Shown piece after piece: positions 10,028 through 20,968 of a DNA stretch of 44,724 nt; position 1 is the first letter of the stretch, and each line of letters begins with the position of its first letter. The notes beneath the pieces were generated by a model, which saw nothing but the letters and a program-made list of their open reading frames with translations, did no database searches and had not been told where the DNA came from. Source of the stretch: Candidatus Peribacteraceae bacterium (GTDB lineage: Bacteria > Patescibacteriota > Gracilibacteria > Peribacterales > Peribacteraceae); NCBI GenBank assembly GCA_013140485.1, contig JABFSS010000068.1, positions 1-44,724 of the forward strand, written 5' to 3'. The translations under genes and the position numbers were made by a program.

Positions 10028-10837
10028 CTAGCTTGGCTGCGGGGCAACCCGCCCTGGAGCCGCCTGAGGCTGTGGTGCAGGCTGAGGCTGTGCTGCAGCC
10101 TGTCCGCTTCCGGCAAACCAATTGATGAGACGGATTGCTCCGCTGAGACCGAAAGAAAAAATGAGTGCGGGAATGGCTGCCGGTGCCAGATACGCGGCGC
10201 CTCCGGCAACAAGTGCATAGAGTGCTGTTTTCACAACGGCTTGAGTTTTCGGACTTTCAATTTTACTCGTCACGGCGTCTATCGCCATCGGCGCAAGCAC
10301 CGCTCCCCCCACCATTCCGCCGAAAACCGCCGCAGTTGTGAGACCTTCACCCGCGCCAACGGCAGTTGCCGCCATAGTGCCGAGAGCGCCTCCTCCGGCC
10401 ATCGGCGCCACCATTGCGCCGACAAGCTTTGCCGATTCGTGAACTGTCCCAAGAACCGGACCGAGATCGTTGTGTTTCTGCTGGGCCAGCGCACCTGTGC
10501 CGGTTCGCAATTCTGCGAGAAGCTTTTTCACGGAAAACGGCGTCTTTTCCGTCATTTCCACCTGCGCTCGTGAGACCGCCTTCTCCACAAGCCACGCGTC
10601 AGTTTCGTTCCACTCTGCGGCCCCCTGCTTGGCTATCTCTATTTCGCGGCCCAGATCTTCGAGTTTATTCCGTGTTTCTAATACGCGCTGTGCCTTCAAT
10701 TCGGGAGGGACGAGGCTCTCGTGCTCACGCAATTGAACCAGGGTCGCTTTCAATTGCTCAAGTCTCGCAATAAATCCGGCGGCGGCTGCACCGGCATTCT
10801 CTGGTCGGCCCATAACATCGATTGGGGAAGCAGACAT
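10028..10837 (-). CDS. Hypothetical membrane protein (coiled-coil N-terminus, Gly/Ala-rich hydrophobic helices)
   Basis: ORF track 10028-11023. Start placed at ATG 10837 because TTGCTT-17-TAGAAT lies 7 nt upstream. Confidence 0.7.
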   Translation of the reverse strand: MSASPIDVMGRPENAGAAAAGFIARLEQLKATLVQLREHESLVPPELKAQRVLETRNKLEDLGREIEIAKQGAAEWNETDAWLVEKAVSRAQVEMTEKTPFSVKKLLAELRTGTGALAQQKHNDLGPVLGTVHESAKLVGAMVAPMAGGGALGTMAATAVGAGEGLTTAAVFGGMVGGAVLAPMAIDAVTSKIESPKTQAVVKTALYALVAGGAAYLAPAAIPALIFSFGLSGAIRLINWFAGSGQAAAQPQPAPQPQAAPGRVAPQPS

Positions 10838-10951
10838 GAGACCCATTCTACACTTTTCCGCTTCAGGAAGCAATTTTAGATCATGGGCAATCGATATCTT
10901 CCTGCAGAAAACAGGGTGGGCGGTGAACACTAAAGATAGCCAAAAACCTTC

Positions 10952-10979
10952 TTGACCCGTCTTTGAGGAAGAGTAAGAT
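10952..10979 (+). promoter_or_regulatory. Putative rRNA promoter
   Basis: TTGACC-16 nt-TAAGAT followed by a GC-rich stretch, ~300 nt upstream of the 16S. Confidence 0.55.
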
Positions 10980-11142
10980 TTCCCGGCTGCCTTCGCCGAA
11001 TACGCGGATGGCACGTACTCCAAGATCCTTTGTAGCCTCGGCTCTCTAGGAAACTTGAGGGCTGTCTATAGACGTGCTTGGTGCTCATTCACCCTTCGAC
11101 TCGGGCCTTCGGCCCTCGCTCAGGGTGAAAGATCGAAGATCT

Positions 11143-11173
11143 TTCACAGCATCGTGTAGTAGAGAAGCTTGTG
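11143..11173 (+). other. 5' arm of the 16S processing stem
   Basis: ttcacagcatcgtgtagtagagaagcttgtg is nearly fully complementary to 12919-12950. Confidence 0.8.
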
Positions 11174-11286
11174 ATCATCTGAGATCTAATATTTCTCAGC
11201 ATGATTTTTGTCCACAATTCCTTTGGAATTAACGTCGTCGATCGACCGACGCAAACTGTCGATCAATGTATAGAGCATTTCATCTC

Positions 11287-12755
<1,469 letters not shown>

Positions 12756-12918
12756 CCAGGGAGTTAGCAATAGATGCACCCTTCGGGGTGTACTCAACGG
12801 CTTTACCTGCATGCTCTGGCCCGTAGTCACCGGCCAACATGTCTTTGCATTGATCAGGGACTACCTCCAATCCCCTGCCCCTCGCGTAGCGAGAGGACCA
12901 GAGGGTTGGAGCCTGAAA

Positions 12919-12950
12919 TACAAGTTTTCTCTACTACACAATGCTGTGAA
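12919..12950 (+). other. 3' arm of the 16S processing stem
   Basis: tacaagttttctctactacacaatgctgtgaa pairs with 11143-11173. Confidence 0.8.
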
Positions 12951-13035
12951 CCAAGTACCGCGTACCTCAATTGAGGTGTTTTTGGGAAACAGCGCAAAAT
13001 GCCTATTCTTGCGCAGTGCTATACACTATTGCGCA

Positions 13036-13581
13036 ATGTTACATTCCGCCCCTCACGTTCTTCGATCTGAGTTGCCCGCAGTGCGTAATGAATTCGGCTG
13101 TTGCTACGAAGGTTCGTCGGGAGAAACGATTGTCGGTTCTATTCTCCGTGCGGACAAAACGATTCTGACAATGCATCATCCCGAGTGGATACCGTTGGAA
13201 CGGGGAGCTCCAAAAGACATGACCGTCATGACGCAGTACTGGCGTCCGGAAACATGGTACGAAGCACTGCTCCATGGGCCTGGAGCACTGCAACGCTTTG
13301 CTCGTTTTCTGATGCAAAAAATTATCTCCGACACGGAACGACGAAAGCTCTCGGCCCACTGCACACATGCGCGTATTCCCACTCCTCCCGGATTGGCGGA
13401 GCAGGGCACCATTGTTCTTGGCAACGACGCGCGGGTGAAAACGATCATCGATGCAGCCTGGAAAGAAGACGACATGGTTCTTCCGCTGACGGAGTATGCG
13501 CGGCTGGTGATTAAGCGACTGATGGAAAGAAATCCCGGTCTCCCCTTTATAAACGAGAAAAAGGTGACGGTCGCCGTTTAG
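13036..13581 (+). CDS. Hypothetical protein
   Basis: 3' part of ORF 12811-13581; the upstream part overlaps the rRNA trailer, so ATG 13036 is preferred. Confidence 0.6.
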   Translation: MLHSAPHVLRSELPAVRNEFGCCYEGSSGETIVGSILRADKTILTMHHPEWIPLERGAPKDMTVMTQYWRPETWYEALLHGPGALQRFARFLMQKIISDTERRKLSAHCTHARIPTPPGLAEQGTIVLGNDARVKTIIDAAWKEDDMVLPLTEYARLVIKRLMERNPGLPFINEKKVTVAV

Positions 13582-14372
13582 GAATACTTCGTTTCGACCG
13601 CCGCGAGCACATCCTGCCGGACCGCCTCATCTCCGATCTTCGTCACCATCTCCCCCAAAAACCCCTCCACAAACATTCTCCTCGCTTCTCGTTCCGCGAT
13701 CCCTCTCGCGGCGAAGTAAAACAGATCTTCGTCCGTGACTCTGCTGACGGTCGCGGAATGACTGGCGCGCACGTCGTTGGTTTTGATCTCGAGTCCCGGG
13801 ATCGCGTCGACTTTGGACGTTTTATCGAGCATGAGGACGTCCTGCGTCAGGTACGTATCGGTGCCGGCTCCGCCTTTGCCGATCTCGATCATGCCGTCGC
13901 ATTTCACATGTCCTCTCTGCTCCGCGACGCCCTTCATCGTCATCTCCCCTCCCCCGCGCTTCCCCAGAAACACGTTGCGCGCGGTGAGATGATATTTTTC
14001 GTCGTGCTTCGCATAGAACATCCAATCGACTTCGCTGACGGCATCGTCTCCCGTGAGTTCTGAGCGTAGATTGTGCTCGACCGTTCCCGCCCCGAGCGTC
14101 ACGTTCCTCCAGCGGATCGTTGCATTGTCTCCCACAGAAGCGCGCTGTGTGATCGTGAGATGCCCGGCCGGATCAGATGTCTGCTCCGAGATGAATTCCA
14201 CGTCCGCTCCCGAGTGCACGACCACCTCCGTGGAACAGTCAGCCGTCACGTGCTGAACAATGCAGACGCGTGCGTTCTTCCCCACGATGATTTTTACGGG
14301 ACCGCATCCCTGCACGGAAAACGCATCGTGATCTTTCGTCCCGTCCGGGATGACGAATTCCACATCTGCCAT
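13578..14372 (-). CDS. sufD: Fe-S cluster assembly protein SufD (SufBD family, short form)
   Basis: DAIPGLEIKTNDVRASHSATV...LFYFAARGI...VEGFL; TGcTACGAT lies 6 nt before ATG 14372. Confidence 0.88.
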   Translation of the reverse strand: MADVEFVIPDGTKDHDAFSVQGCGPVKIIVGKNARVCIVQHVTADCSTEVVVHSGADVEFISEQTSDPAGHLTITQRASVGDNATIRWRNVTLGAGTVEHNLRSELTGDDAVSEVDWMFYAKHDEKYHLTARNVFLGKRGGGEMTMKGVAEQRGHVKCDGMIEIGKGGAGTDTYLTQDVLMLDKTSKVDAIPGLEIKTNDVRASHSATVSRVTDEDLFYFAARGIAEREARRMFVEGFLGEMVTKIGDEAVRQDVLAAVETKYS

Positions 14373-14495
14373 ACCGAAATCGTAGCAGGTATAAGCCAAG
14401 AAAACCGCCATTAAGGGTATTATTGACGTTTTCCTTGCATCCGGTGCAATGACAAGTACACTGAACGTGGTTTTATTTCTCTTCTCAAATATTTT

Positions 14496-14648
14496 ATGGC
14501 TTTTGGCACCCCTGGTCAGTCTCCGGACATGAAACTCAACATTCCTGCCAATACGAATCTTGATGGCGGGGCAGATATGATTGATCCTGCGATGGTCGAT
14601 GATGAGATGAAGAAGGTGACCCAGAAACTTGATCAGATCAAGATCTGA
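14496..14648 (+). CDS. Small acidic hypothetical protein (50 aa)
   Basis: MAFGTPGQSPDMKLNIPANTNLDGGADMIDPAMVDDEMKKVTQKLDQIKI*, followed by a terminator; below the ORF-track size cutoff. Confidence 0.55.
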   Translation: MAFGTPGQSPDMKLNIPANTNLDGGADMIDPAMVDDEMKKVTQKLDQIKI

Positions 14649-14669
14649 AGTACATTGCTCCAAGAAATT

Positions 14670-14693
14670 AAAAGCCCTCTCCGGAGGGCTTTT
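14670..14693 (+). terminator. Intrinsic terminator (symmetric A/T tails)
   Basis: aaaagccctc-tccg-gagggctttt. Confidence 0.75.
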
Positions 14694-14756
14694 GTGTAGT
14701 ATTTGCATAAATTGATTAAATTTGGTATAATAGTAACAACATTCACACACACTCCT

Positions 14757-14924
14757 ATGGACCGTATCAGAAAAGATGAATTCCCCCGACAGTTGAATGG
14801 GGAAAAAGTTTCATCGGGCATGGAAGCCATTCTTCGTCAGGAAGAGGATGAAATAAAAAATAGAGTTCGTGGAAAAGTCGGCGATTGCATGGGCGCACAG
14901 ATGCCAGGGGGTCAGATGTACTAA
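14757..14924 (+). CDS. Small hypothetical protein
   Basis: MDRIRKDEFPRQL..., TGgTATAAT upstream. Confidence 0.5.
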   Translation: MDRIRKDEFPRQLNGEKVSSGMEAILRQEEDEIKNRVRGKVGDCMGAQMPGGQMY

Positions 14925-14935
14925 AGTCACTCCAT

Positions 14936-15289
14936 ATGAACACAATCGGAGGACCGCTGCCGCCGGGTGATTATCGCAAGGTGGAAAAGATTTTGCCGAC
15001 GCAACAACCGAACACGGATGCGCCACCGAAAGAACCGGATACTTCTGCAAAGGAAAATATGGAAGAGAAGCCGGGTTTTGCGAGAGTGATTTCCAGCGTC
15101 GTGGAAGTATTAAGCAGCGAAGAGACTATTCGAAAAAAGGTGGATCACACCATCAAAGCCGTCGCCTATCTCCTGGGTGCATCGACGGACTCCGATCGAT
15201 TCTTAGCGGCGCAGAAAATTCGAGAGGACTTGGCAACGGAAACAGCTTCGACTGATGCCGCAAAGGCGTACGGCAAGAAGGACAAATAG
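14936..15289 (+). CDS. Hypothetical protein
   Basis: MNTIGGPLPPGDYRKVEK..., 117 aa. Confidence 0.6.
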   Translation: MNTIGGPLPPGDYRKVEKILPTQQPNTDAPPKEPDTSAKENMEEKPGFARVISSVVEVLSSEETIRKKVDHTIKAVAYLLGASTDSDRFLAAQKIREDLATETASTDAAKAYGKKDK

Positions 15290-15345
15290 GGCTTGAGAAG
15301 AGGTTTTGGACAAAAGTCATAAGACAATGTACAGTTTATTTGTCT

Positions 15346-15762
15346 ATGGTCGAACAATTTCATCCGTTGGTAGTTTTCGCCGACGCGGAATATCCGTTCA
15401 CGGAGCGTGGTCCGGATCCCGATGCTCCTGAAAGCATCCCCGGCGGGCGGGCGAACGCATCGCCTCCAAAAATTGAGACGAGAGAGAAACCACGGACGCC
15501 ATCCAATTGGTACTTTGAGGTGCTCGAAGAATTGGAAGGTCCGGATTTGGACATGTTCGAACAATTTCAGGATAAGGGATACGACCTGATCGACGAGGCG
15601 TACGCAGATCTTCAGCGCCATAAACAATACAAATGTACGGTCGGCAATCTTGCACGATTTACTGCAACGTTCATTAAGACATTGATTGAGTCGCAAACAC
15701 CGCAACGACCTCGATTCCGAAGGCAGCCAAACGGATCGGCAAGTGTCGCTTCTGCGGGATGA
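15346..15762 (+). CDS. Hypothetical protein
   Basis: MVEQFHPLVVFADAEY..., 138 aa. Confidence 0.55.
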   Translation: MVEQFHPLVVFADAEYPFTERGPDPDAPESIPGGRANASPPKIETREKPRTPSNWYFEVLEELEGPDLDMFEQFQDKGYDLIDEAYADLQRHKQYKCTVGNLARFTATFIKTLIESQTPQRPRFRRQPNGSASVASAG

Positions 15763-15771
15763 GTGGATCAC

Positions 15772-16026
15772 TTAGCCGATTGCCGTATCACCCGTGTCGA
15801 AGTTCTTTTTTGTATTCGTGCTTATGATCTTGAGCTTCTGAATCATTGTGGAGGCAAGACGTCCCCGGTAAATTTTCAGCATGCCTTGGAGAAGGGCCCG
15901 ATACACTTCGGGTAGATGCGGCCGTGCTTCCATCTCAAATTCCTCCGCCGTCAGATTGATTTTTCCGGATAGCTTCAGCTGCTGATGCAGCACTTCCAGC
16001 TGGCCGACGAGGATATGTAACGACAT
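15772..16026 (-). CDS. Hypothetical protein downstream of sufB
   Basis: 84-aa ORF 12 nt after the sufB stop. Confidence 0.55.
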   Translation of the reverse strand: MSLHILVGQLEVLHQQLKLSGKINLTAEEFEMEARPHLPEVYRALLQGMLKIYRGRLASTMIQKLKIISTNTKKNFDTGDTAIG

Positions 16027-16038
16027 GGGGCGGGCACT

Positions 16039-17442
16039 TTAGCCGACACTGCCCTCCATCTCCAATTCAATCAGCCTATTCATCTCCACCGCATATTCAA
16101 GCGGTAACAACCTCACAATCGGCTCGATAAAGCCGTTCACGATCATCGCGCGGGCTTCGTCTTTTTTGATGCCGCGGGACATCAGGTAGAAGAGATCTTC
16201 TTCGCTGAGCTTCCCCACCGTCGCTTCGTGCGCGATGGTGACGTCGTTGTTGCGGATTTGGATGTCGGGAATCGTATCGGTGCGGCTTTGTTCGTCGAGG
16301 AGGAGGGCATCGCACTCGACGCTGGCCGTGCAGTCGTGGGCATGCGGCGCGATTTTGAGCTGGCCGCGGTAGATGGCGGTACCTCCGCCTTTGCTCACTG
16401 ATTTGCTGATGACCTTGGAACTGGTGTGCGGCGCCAAGTGAAAAACCTTCGCGCCCGTGTCCTGCCACTGTCCGGCGTTCGCGAATGCAATGGCCATGTG
16501 GTCGCATCGGGCTCCTTCCCCTACAAGGACTGAACAGGGGTAGAGCATCGTGACGCCGCTGCCCATGTTCCCCCCGATCCATTCCATCGTCCCGTCACGC
16601 TCCACGATCGCGCGTTTGGTATTGAGGTTGTACGTATCGCGGCTCCAGTTCTCGACGGAGGAGTAGCGCGCCTTCGCCCCCGGTTTGACGAAGATCTCGA
16701 CGCATCCTGCATGGAGCGCGTGCGATCCATACTTCGGTGCGCTGCAGCCTTCGATGTAGTGAACATCAGCATTGTCTTCGACGATGATCAGCGTGTGCTC
16801 AAACTGGCCCATATTGCGGGCATTCATGCGGAAGTAGGCCTGCAGCGGATCGCGGACCTTCACGCCCTTGGGGATGTAGAGGAAGGTTCCGCCGGACCAC
16901 ACTGCGCCATGGAGAGCGGCAAACTTGTGATCGGTATTCGGCACGCACTTCATGAAGTACTTTTTTACTAAATCTGGATGCTGGTGCACGGCATCATCCA
17001 TATCGAGGAACACCACGCCCAGGTCCTCCCATTCTTTTTTCAGATTGTGATAGATCATGTCGCTTTCATACTGCGCGCCGACTCCCGCGAGGACTTTCCT
17101 CTCTGCATCGGGAATCCCGAGCCGGTCGTACACTTTGCGAATCTCCTCCGGAACCTCGCCCCAGTCGCTCACGTTCTCTGCGCCGGATTGTGCGTAGTAG
17201 ATGATGTCATCCAGATCGAGTTTGCTGAGGTCTGCACCCCACGTGGGCAGCGGCTTCTCGTGGAAGATTTTGAGTGACTGTAGACGATGCTCGAGCATCC
17301 ACTCGGGCTCTTTCTTATCGGCGCTGATCTGCCGGACGAGTACTTCGCTCACGCCTTTCTTTACACCGTCCGTGTAGGGGGAGGGGTTGGCTTCGTCGAA
17401 GGTTGAGCGGGAGAGGCCGGAGAAGATGGGGGTGGAGGGCAT
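16039..17442 (-). CDS. sufB: Fe-S cluster assembly protein SufB
   Basis: GVGAQYESD, FAALHGAVWSGG, GQFEHTLI, YIEGCSAP, YNLNTKRA, HEATVGKL, EYAVEMNRLIELEMEGSVG. Confidence 0.97.
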   Translation of the reverse strand: MPSTPIFSGLSRSTFDEANPSPYTDGVKKGVSEVLVRQISADKKEPEWMLEHRLQSLKIFHEKPLPTWGADLSKLDLDDIIYYAQSGAENVSDWGEVPEEIRKVYDRLGIPDAERKVLAGVGAQYESDMIYHNLKKEWEDLGVVFLDMDDAVHQHPDLVKKYFMKCVPNTDHKFAALHGAVWSGGTFLYIPKGVKVRDPLQAYFRMNARNMGQFEHTLIIVEDNADVHYIEGCSAPKYGSHALHAGCVEIFVKPGAKARYSSVENWSRDTYNLNTKRAIVERDGTMEWIGGNMGSGVTMLYPCSVLVGEGARCDHMAIAFANAGQWQDTGAKVFHLAPHTSSKVISKSVSKGGGTAIYRGQLKIAPHAHDCTASVECDALLLDEQSRTDTIPDIQIRNNDVTIAHEATVGKLSEEDLFYLMSRGIKKDEARAMIVNGFIEPIVRLLPLEYAVEMNRLIELEMEGSVG

Positions 17443-17472
17443 TGAGAGACAGAGAGTATACTCGAGTTCACT

Positions 17473-18117
17473 ATGCATTGGACAGAAAGAGTGATGGTTC
17501 TTGCTCCGGCAGATCAAAATGCGATCCTTCCGACAATAATAAATTCGGAAGGATTTTGGGCAGCTATTGGTGTGATTTTAGGATTCGGATTATCAGAAGG
17601 GAGCCGATATATCAGATCAAAATTAAGAATAAGAAATCTCAAGAGGGCAATGGTAGAAGAGCTAAAATCTATTAAATATCAAATTCTTCAGAAGAAAGAA
17701 ACTGTCCGCCAAATAATATCTGCTTTGCAACAGAGTAAAATCCAATCAGGAATAACTATTCGAACTTTCGATCTCGCTTACAAAAAATATTTGCCTGAAT
17801 TGTATGAACACCTTTCTCTTAAGGAACGGAATTGTATCCATACTATTTATGAACATTTGCTTTTGAATGATGAATTATTAGCAAATTATGAAAAAGAACT
17901 AGGAGACGATTTGCTGCGAAAGGTGACAAAGGACCCAATGGGAAAGCACCTATCTCACCTAAAAGACATGCTGATATCCTACGAACAAGTGGAAAAATGG
18001 ATTGAATCATATATTAAAGGTGATCCTGCAGACGTTTTGCACGTTGAAGTTTTATCTAAGAACCCTCAGGCAAAGGGTAAGCGTTGGGTAAGCATGAAAA
18101 GTCCCAATGAAGAGTGA
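17473..18117 (+). CDS. Hypothetical protein, AT-rich, with an N-terminal TM segment
   Basis: 214-aa ORF with visibly lower GC; FWAAIGVILGFGL hydrophobic stretch; start uncertain. Confidence 0.7.
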   Translation: MHWTERVMVLAPADQNAILPTIINSEGFWAAIGVILGFGLSEGSRYIRSKLRIRNLKRAMVEELKSIKYQILQKKETVRQIISALQQSKIQSGITIRTFDLAYKKYLPELYEHLSLKERNCIHTIYEHLLLNDELLANYEKELGDDLLRKVTKDPMGKHLSHLKDMLISYEQVEKWIESYIKGDPADVLHVEVLSKNPQAKGKRWVSMKSPNEE

Positions 18118-18136
18118 GATAATTACTGCTCCACTG

Positions 18137-18409
18137 ATGCTCCACCGCCTTCGCACCGCTTGGCAAATCTACCGCGCATCCTGGAACGATCGCCGGACGC
18201 CGTTTGCGGCAAAGGCGCTGCCCATTGTTGCGCTGCTCTATTTGCTCTCCCCTCTCGACATCATTCCCGACGTGATCCCCGTGCTGGGACAGATGGATGA
18301 TGTCGCGATTCTCATCACGCTGCTCCTCTGGGCATTCCGGTTGATTCCGCAGGATGTGAAACACGACGTGAAGAAGCGGCGGGAGGTGATTGATGTGGAG
18401 GCGAAGTGA
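18137..18409 (+). CDS. DUF1232/YkvA family membrane protein
   Basis: LYLLSPLDIIPDVIPVLGQMDD signature. Confidence 0.9.
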   Translation: MLHRLRTAWQIYRASWNDRRTPFAAKALPIVALLYLLSPLDIIPDVIPVLGQMDDVAILITLLLWAFRLIPQDVKHDVKKRREVIDVEAK

Positions 18410-18426
18410 TGACAAAGCGTTTAGGG

Positions 18427-18657
18427 GTTCCTCGTACGCTCAGAGCTCCGCTCTGAGCTACTCGGAATGACAGATGCCCTTTTAATACAGACGCCTCGAT
18501 ACGCTCGCCGCTCCACGGCGAGCTACTCGGCGAAGATTGTTACTGAACAGTTGCCCGAGTAGCCCACGGCGGAGCCGTGGGCGTATCGAGGGTTTGTTAT
18601 CACTCGTGCCTGTCATCCCGAGTAGTCTGCGGCGGAGCCGCAGGCGTATCGAGGGAC
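18427..18657. repeat. Cluster of four TGTC-type palindromic repeats (two minus, then two plus orientation)
   Basis: Copies at 18427-18472(-), 18494-18530(-), 18554-18592(+) and 18611-18657(+); consensus CCGAGTA-stem-GGA-stem-GTA(T)CGAGG. Confidence 0.9.
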
Positions 18658-18698
18658 GTTCCACACCCCTATGGAACGCCCATGCTAGGCTGAACGGG

Positions 18699-20261
18699 AT
18701 TCGTGCTTTTCTCAATCGTCACAGGCTTCTCGTCTTAGGCACTTTCGCTATCTTCCTGATCGTCGGGCTGTTGAGCTTCTCCGACTACGGCATCTCATCG
18801 GATGAACCGATGGGGCTGTGGTTCGGGTACCACACGTATGGATACCTATTCCTCGGACTGCCGGTGCCCCAGCAACCCGATTGGACGTTCTACGGACCGG
18901 CGTGGCAGTTGATGCTCGCCATCGCGAATGAGGTGATGGGCTCACTCACGGGAGAGCGGTTGTGGTTGACGCGGCACTTCTTGAACTTCGGTTTGTTCTT
19001 CGCCGGAACCGTCGTCTTCTATCGAATTGGGAAGCGCTGCCTCAAGAGTGAGAAGTTTGCGCTGCTCGCGACGGTTTTTTTAATGCTCAGTCCGCGGATC
19101 TTCGCGCACTCGTTCCATAACCCGAAGGACATGCCGGCGATGATCTTCTTCCTCTTCGCGATTGCCAGCATGTTCTGGTTCCTGGAGCGGCGATCGCTGA
19201 TCGTGATGCTGCTCCACACCGTTCTGTGCGCAGTGCTGATCAGTATGCGGATGTTTGGCTTAATCGTGCCGCTGCTGACGCTCTCTTTTGTGATACTTGA
19301 ACGCAATCGCAGGGCAATCCGTGATGCGGCGATCTATGGACTGTTGCTCTGCGTGATGATCATCACCGTCTGGCCCGTCCTCTGGAGCGTGAATCCCCTC
19401 GTCCGCTTCTCGGAAGCTCTTGGCGACACCGCCGGACGTCCCGGTGGAGGCCTCTATTTCGGGGAACTCGTGACGGGAAATCCGTGGCACTACATTCCGG
19501 TGTGGATCTTCATCACGACGCCGATCCTGTACTCGTGTGCATTCGCGATCGGCTGCGGTGCGGTGATCCGTGACGTGATTGCCCGGCCGCTACAGGCACT
19601 CCATGCGAAGACCGATCTGACGCTGCTCGCATGGTTCTTCGTTCCCCTCGCGGCGCTGATCATCTTGAGAATCGGCATCTTCGACGAATGGCGGCATGTT
19701 CTATTCCTCTACCCCGCGTTTCTGCTGATCGGGATGCGGGGAATCGAGTGGTTGTTCGGATGGATGGGAGCGCGAAGAATGGTGATTGGATCACGCGCAC
19801 TCGCGGGGGTGATCACCGTGAGCTTGCTCTGGACGGGGTACTGGATGTTCACGCGCCACCCGTACGAATACATGTACTTCAGTGTTCCCTCGCGTTTTGT
19901 GGAAGGAAAATTCGAGATGGATTACTGGTCACTGGGATCTCGTGACGCGCTGCAATGGATTCTGAATCACGACCGCACGCCCGTCGTGAAGGTGTACCCG
20001 AGCGGCCGCATCGCGCGGATCGCCGCGGATACTCTGCCGCTGAATGGCTGGGCACGCATCGAGTGGTCCGATCCCGACAAGGCCGACTACATCATCGATA
20101 ATTTCCGGGGGAATAACTACGTGCCGACGATGCCGACTGATCGGGAGATCCACATAATCAAGATTGATGGCCTGCCCATTGTGGGGATCTACAAAGGACC
20201 GGATACGCAGGGAATCTACAAACCGCATCTCTGGCTTGAGGACCAGGTCCCGATGCCCTGA
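18699..20261 (+). CDS. Membrane glycosyltransferase, GT39/ArnT/PMT-like (start uncertain)
   Basis: DYGISSDEP, YGP, SPRIFAHSFHNPKD, RHVLFLYP and DYW motifs; many TM helices. Confidence 0.8.
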   Translation: MRAFLNRHRLLVLGTFAIFLIVGLLSFSDYGISSDEPMGLWFGYHTYGYLFLGLPVPQQPDWTFYGPAWQLMLAIANEVMGSLTGERLWLTRHFLNFGLFFAGTVVFYRIGKRCLKSEKFALLATVFLMLSPRIFAHSFHNPKDMPAMIFFLFAIASMFWFLERRSLIVMLLHTVLCAVLISMRMFGLIVPLLTLSFVILERNRRAIRDAAIYGLLLCVMIITVWPVLWSVNPLVRFSEALGDTAGRPGGGLYFGELVTGNPWHYIPVWIFITTPILYSCAFAIGCGAVIRDVIARPLQALHAKTDLTLLAWFFVPLAALIILRIGIFDEWRHVLFLYPAFLLIGMRGIEWLFGWMGARRMVIGSRALAGVITVSLLWTGYWMFTRHPYEYMYFSVPSRFVEGKFEMDYWSLGSRDALQWILNHDRTPVVKVYPSGRIARIAADTLPLNGWARIEWSDPDKADYIIDNFRGNNYVPTMPTDREIHIIKIDGLPIVGIYKGPDTQGIYKPHLWLEDQVPMP

Positions 20262-20320
20262 GGTAAAGCATACTTGACATTCCTCAAAAACCCTGTAATG
20301 TCCCTCTCACCCTCTCCACT

Positions 20321-20470
20321 ATGCCTACAGCCACCAAGAAGACCGCCGCTCAGACCGCTCAAAAGGCTACCCTGCCTCCGACAGTCCGTATGCAGCAGGA
20401 AATGATGATCATGCGCGAAACGGACCAGTGGATGACGGAGCACTACAACAGCCGCCCGATTTCGAGGTGA
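20321..20470 (+). CDS. Small hypothetical protein (49 aa)
   Basis: MPTATKKTAAQTAQKATLPPTVRMQQEMMIMRETDQWMTEHYNSRPISR*; TTGACA at 20274 and a CT-rich leader; fills the gap to the next gene's stop exactly. Confidence 0.5.
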   Translation: MPTATKKTAAQTAQKATLPPTVRMQQEMMIMRETDQWMTEHYNSRPISR

Positions 20471-20959
20471 TCATTTTGACGGAATATTCACAACACGCCA
20501 CGCATGCCCGGTCGCCTGCAGAAATTTCTCGATGCCCTCATGGGAAATGCAGAGCGTCGCCGTATTCACGAGCGGATGACAGCATACCGCCTCGGCGCTC
20601 CACACGGCGTCGTCGATGAACACTTCCACCGCATGCGCGGCATCGTTGACGAGACCGAGCAGCGTAACCGATCCGGGCTCGACGTCGAGATGGGCTTTCA
20701 AACGCTCGGGTGAAGCGAAGGAGAGTTTCTGTACGTCGAAGAGTTGCTTCAGCGCTTTGAGGTCGACTTGCTTTTCATGACCGACAGTCACGAGAAAATG
20801 CCGCCTCCCTTTCTCGTCGCGAAGGAAGAGATTCTTCGTGTCTTTGCCGGGCATCGGTTCAGTTCTGACGTCCTTTGCTTGTTCGCACGTGAAGACGGCT
20901 TCGTGATCGAACCGCTGGTACGCGATGCCGTGCTGAGAGAGGAAGGTGTAGATGTCCAC
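20471..20959 (-). CDS. YbaK/ProX (PrdX)-type aminoacyl-tRNA editing protein
   Basis: H.AVFT.E, TKNLFLRD, LSFAS.E.L, PGSVT..GL.ND, HPLVNTAT. Confidence 0.9.
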   Translation of the reverse strand: MDIYTFLSQHGIAYQRFDHEAVFTCEQAKDVRTEPMPGKDTKNLFLRDEKGRRHFLVTVGHEKQVDLKALKQLFDVQKLSFASPERLKAHLDVEPGSVTLLGLVNDAAHAVEVFIDDAVWSAEAVCCHPLVNTATLCISHEGIEKFLQATGHAWRVVNIPSK

Positions 20960-20968
20960 TCAAGTATT

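Noticed and set aside
12756..13030. tRNA or start of 23S in the post-16S region
   Set aside because: No cloverleaf/TTC-loop pattern or 23S 5' motif seen; only hairpins and the processing-stem arm
14373..14750. 126-aa N-terminal extension of SufD in the ORF track
   Set aside because: Not SufD-like; it overlaps a plus-strand small ORF, a terminator and promoters
18427..18657. Possible CRISPR array
   Set aside because: Units switch orientation, vary internally and have short irregular spacers; no cas genes are present. Better explained as REP-like palindromes.
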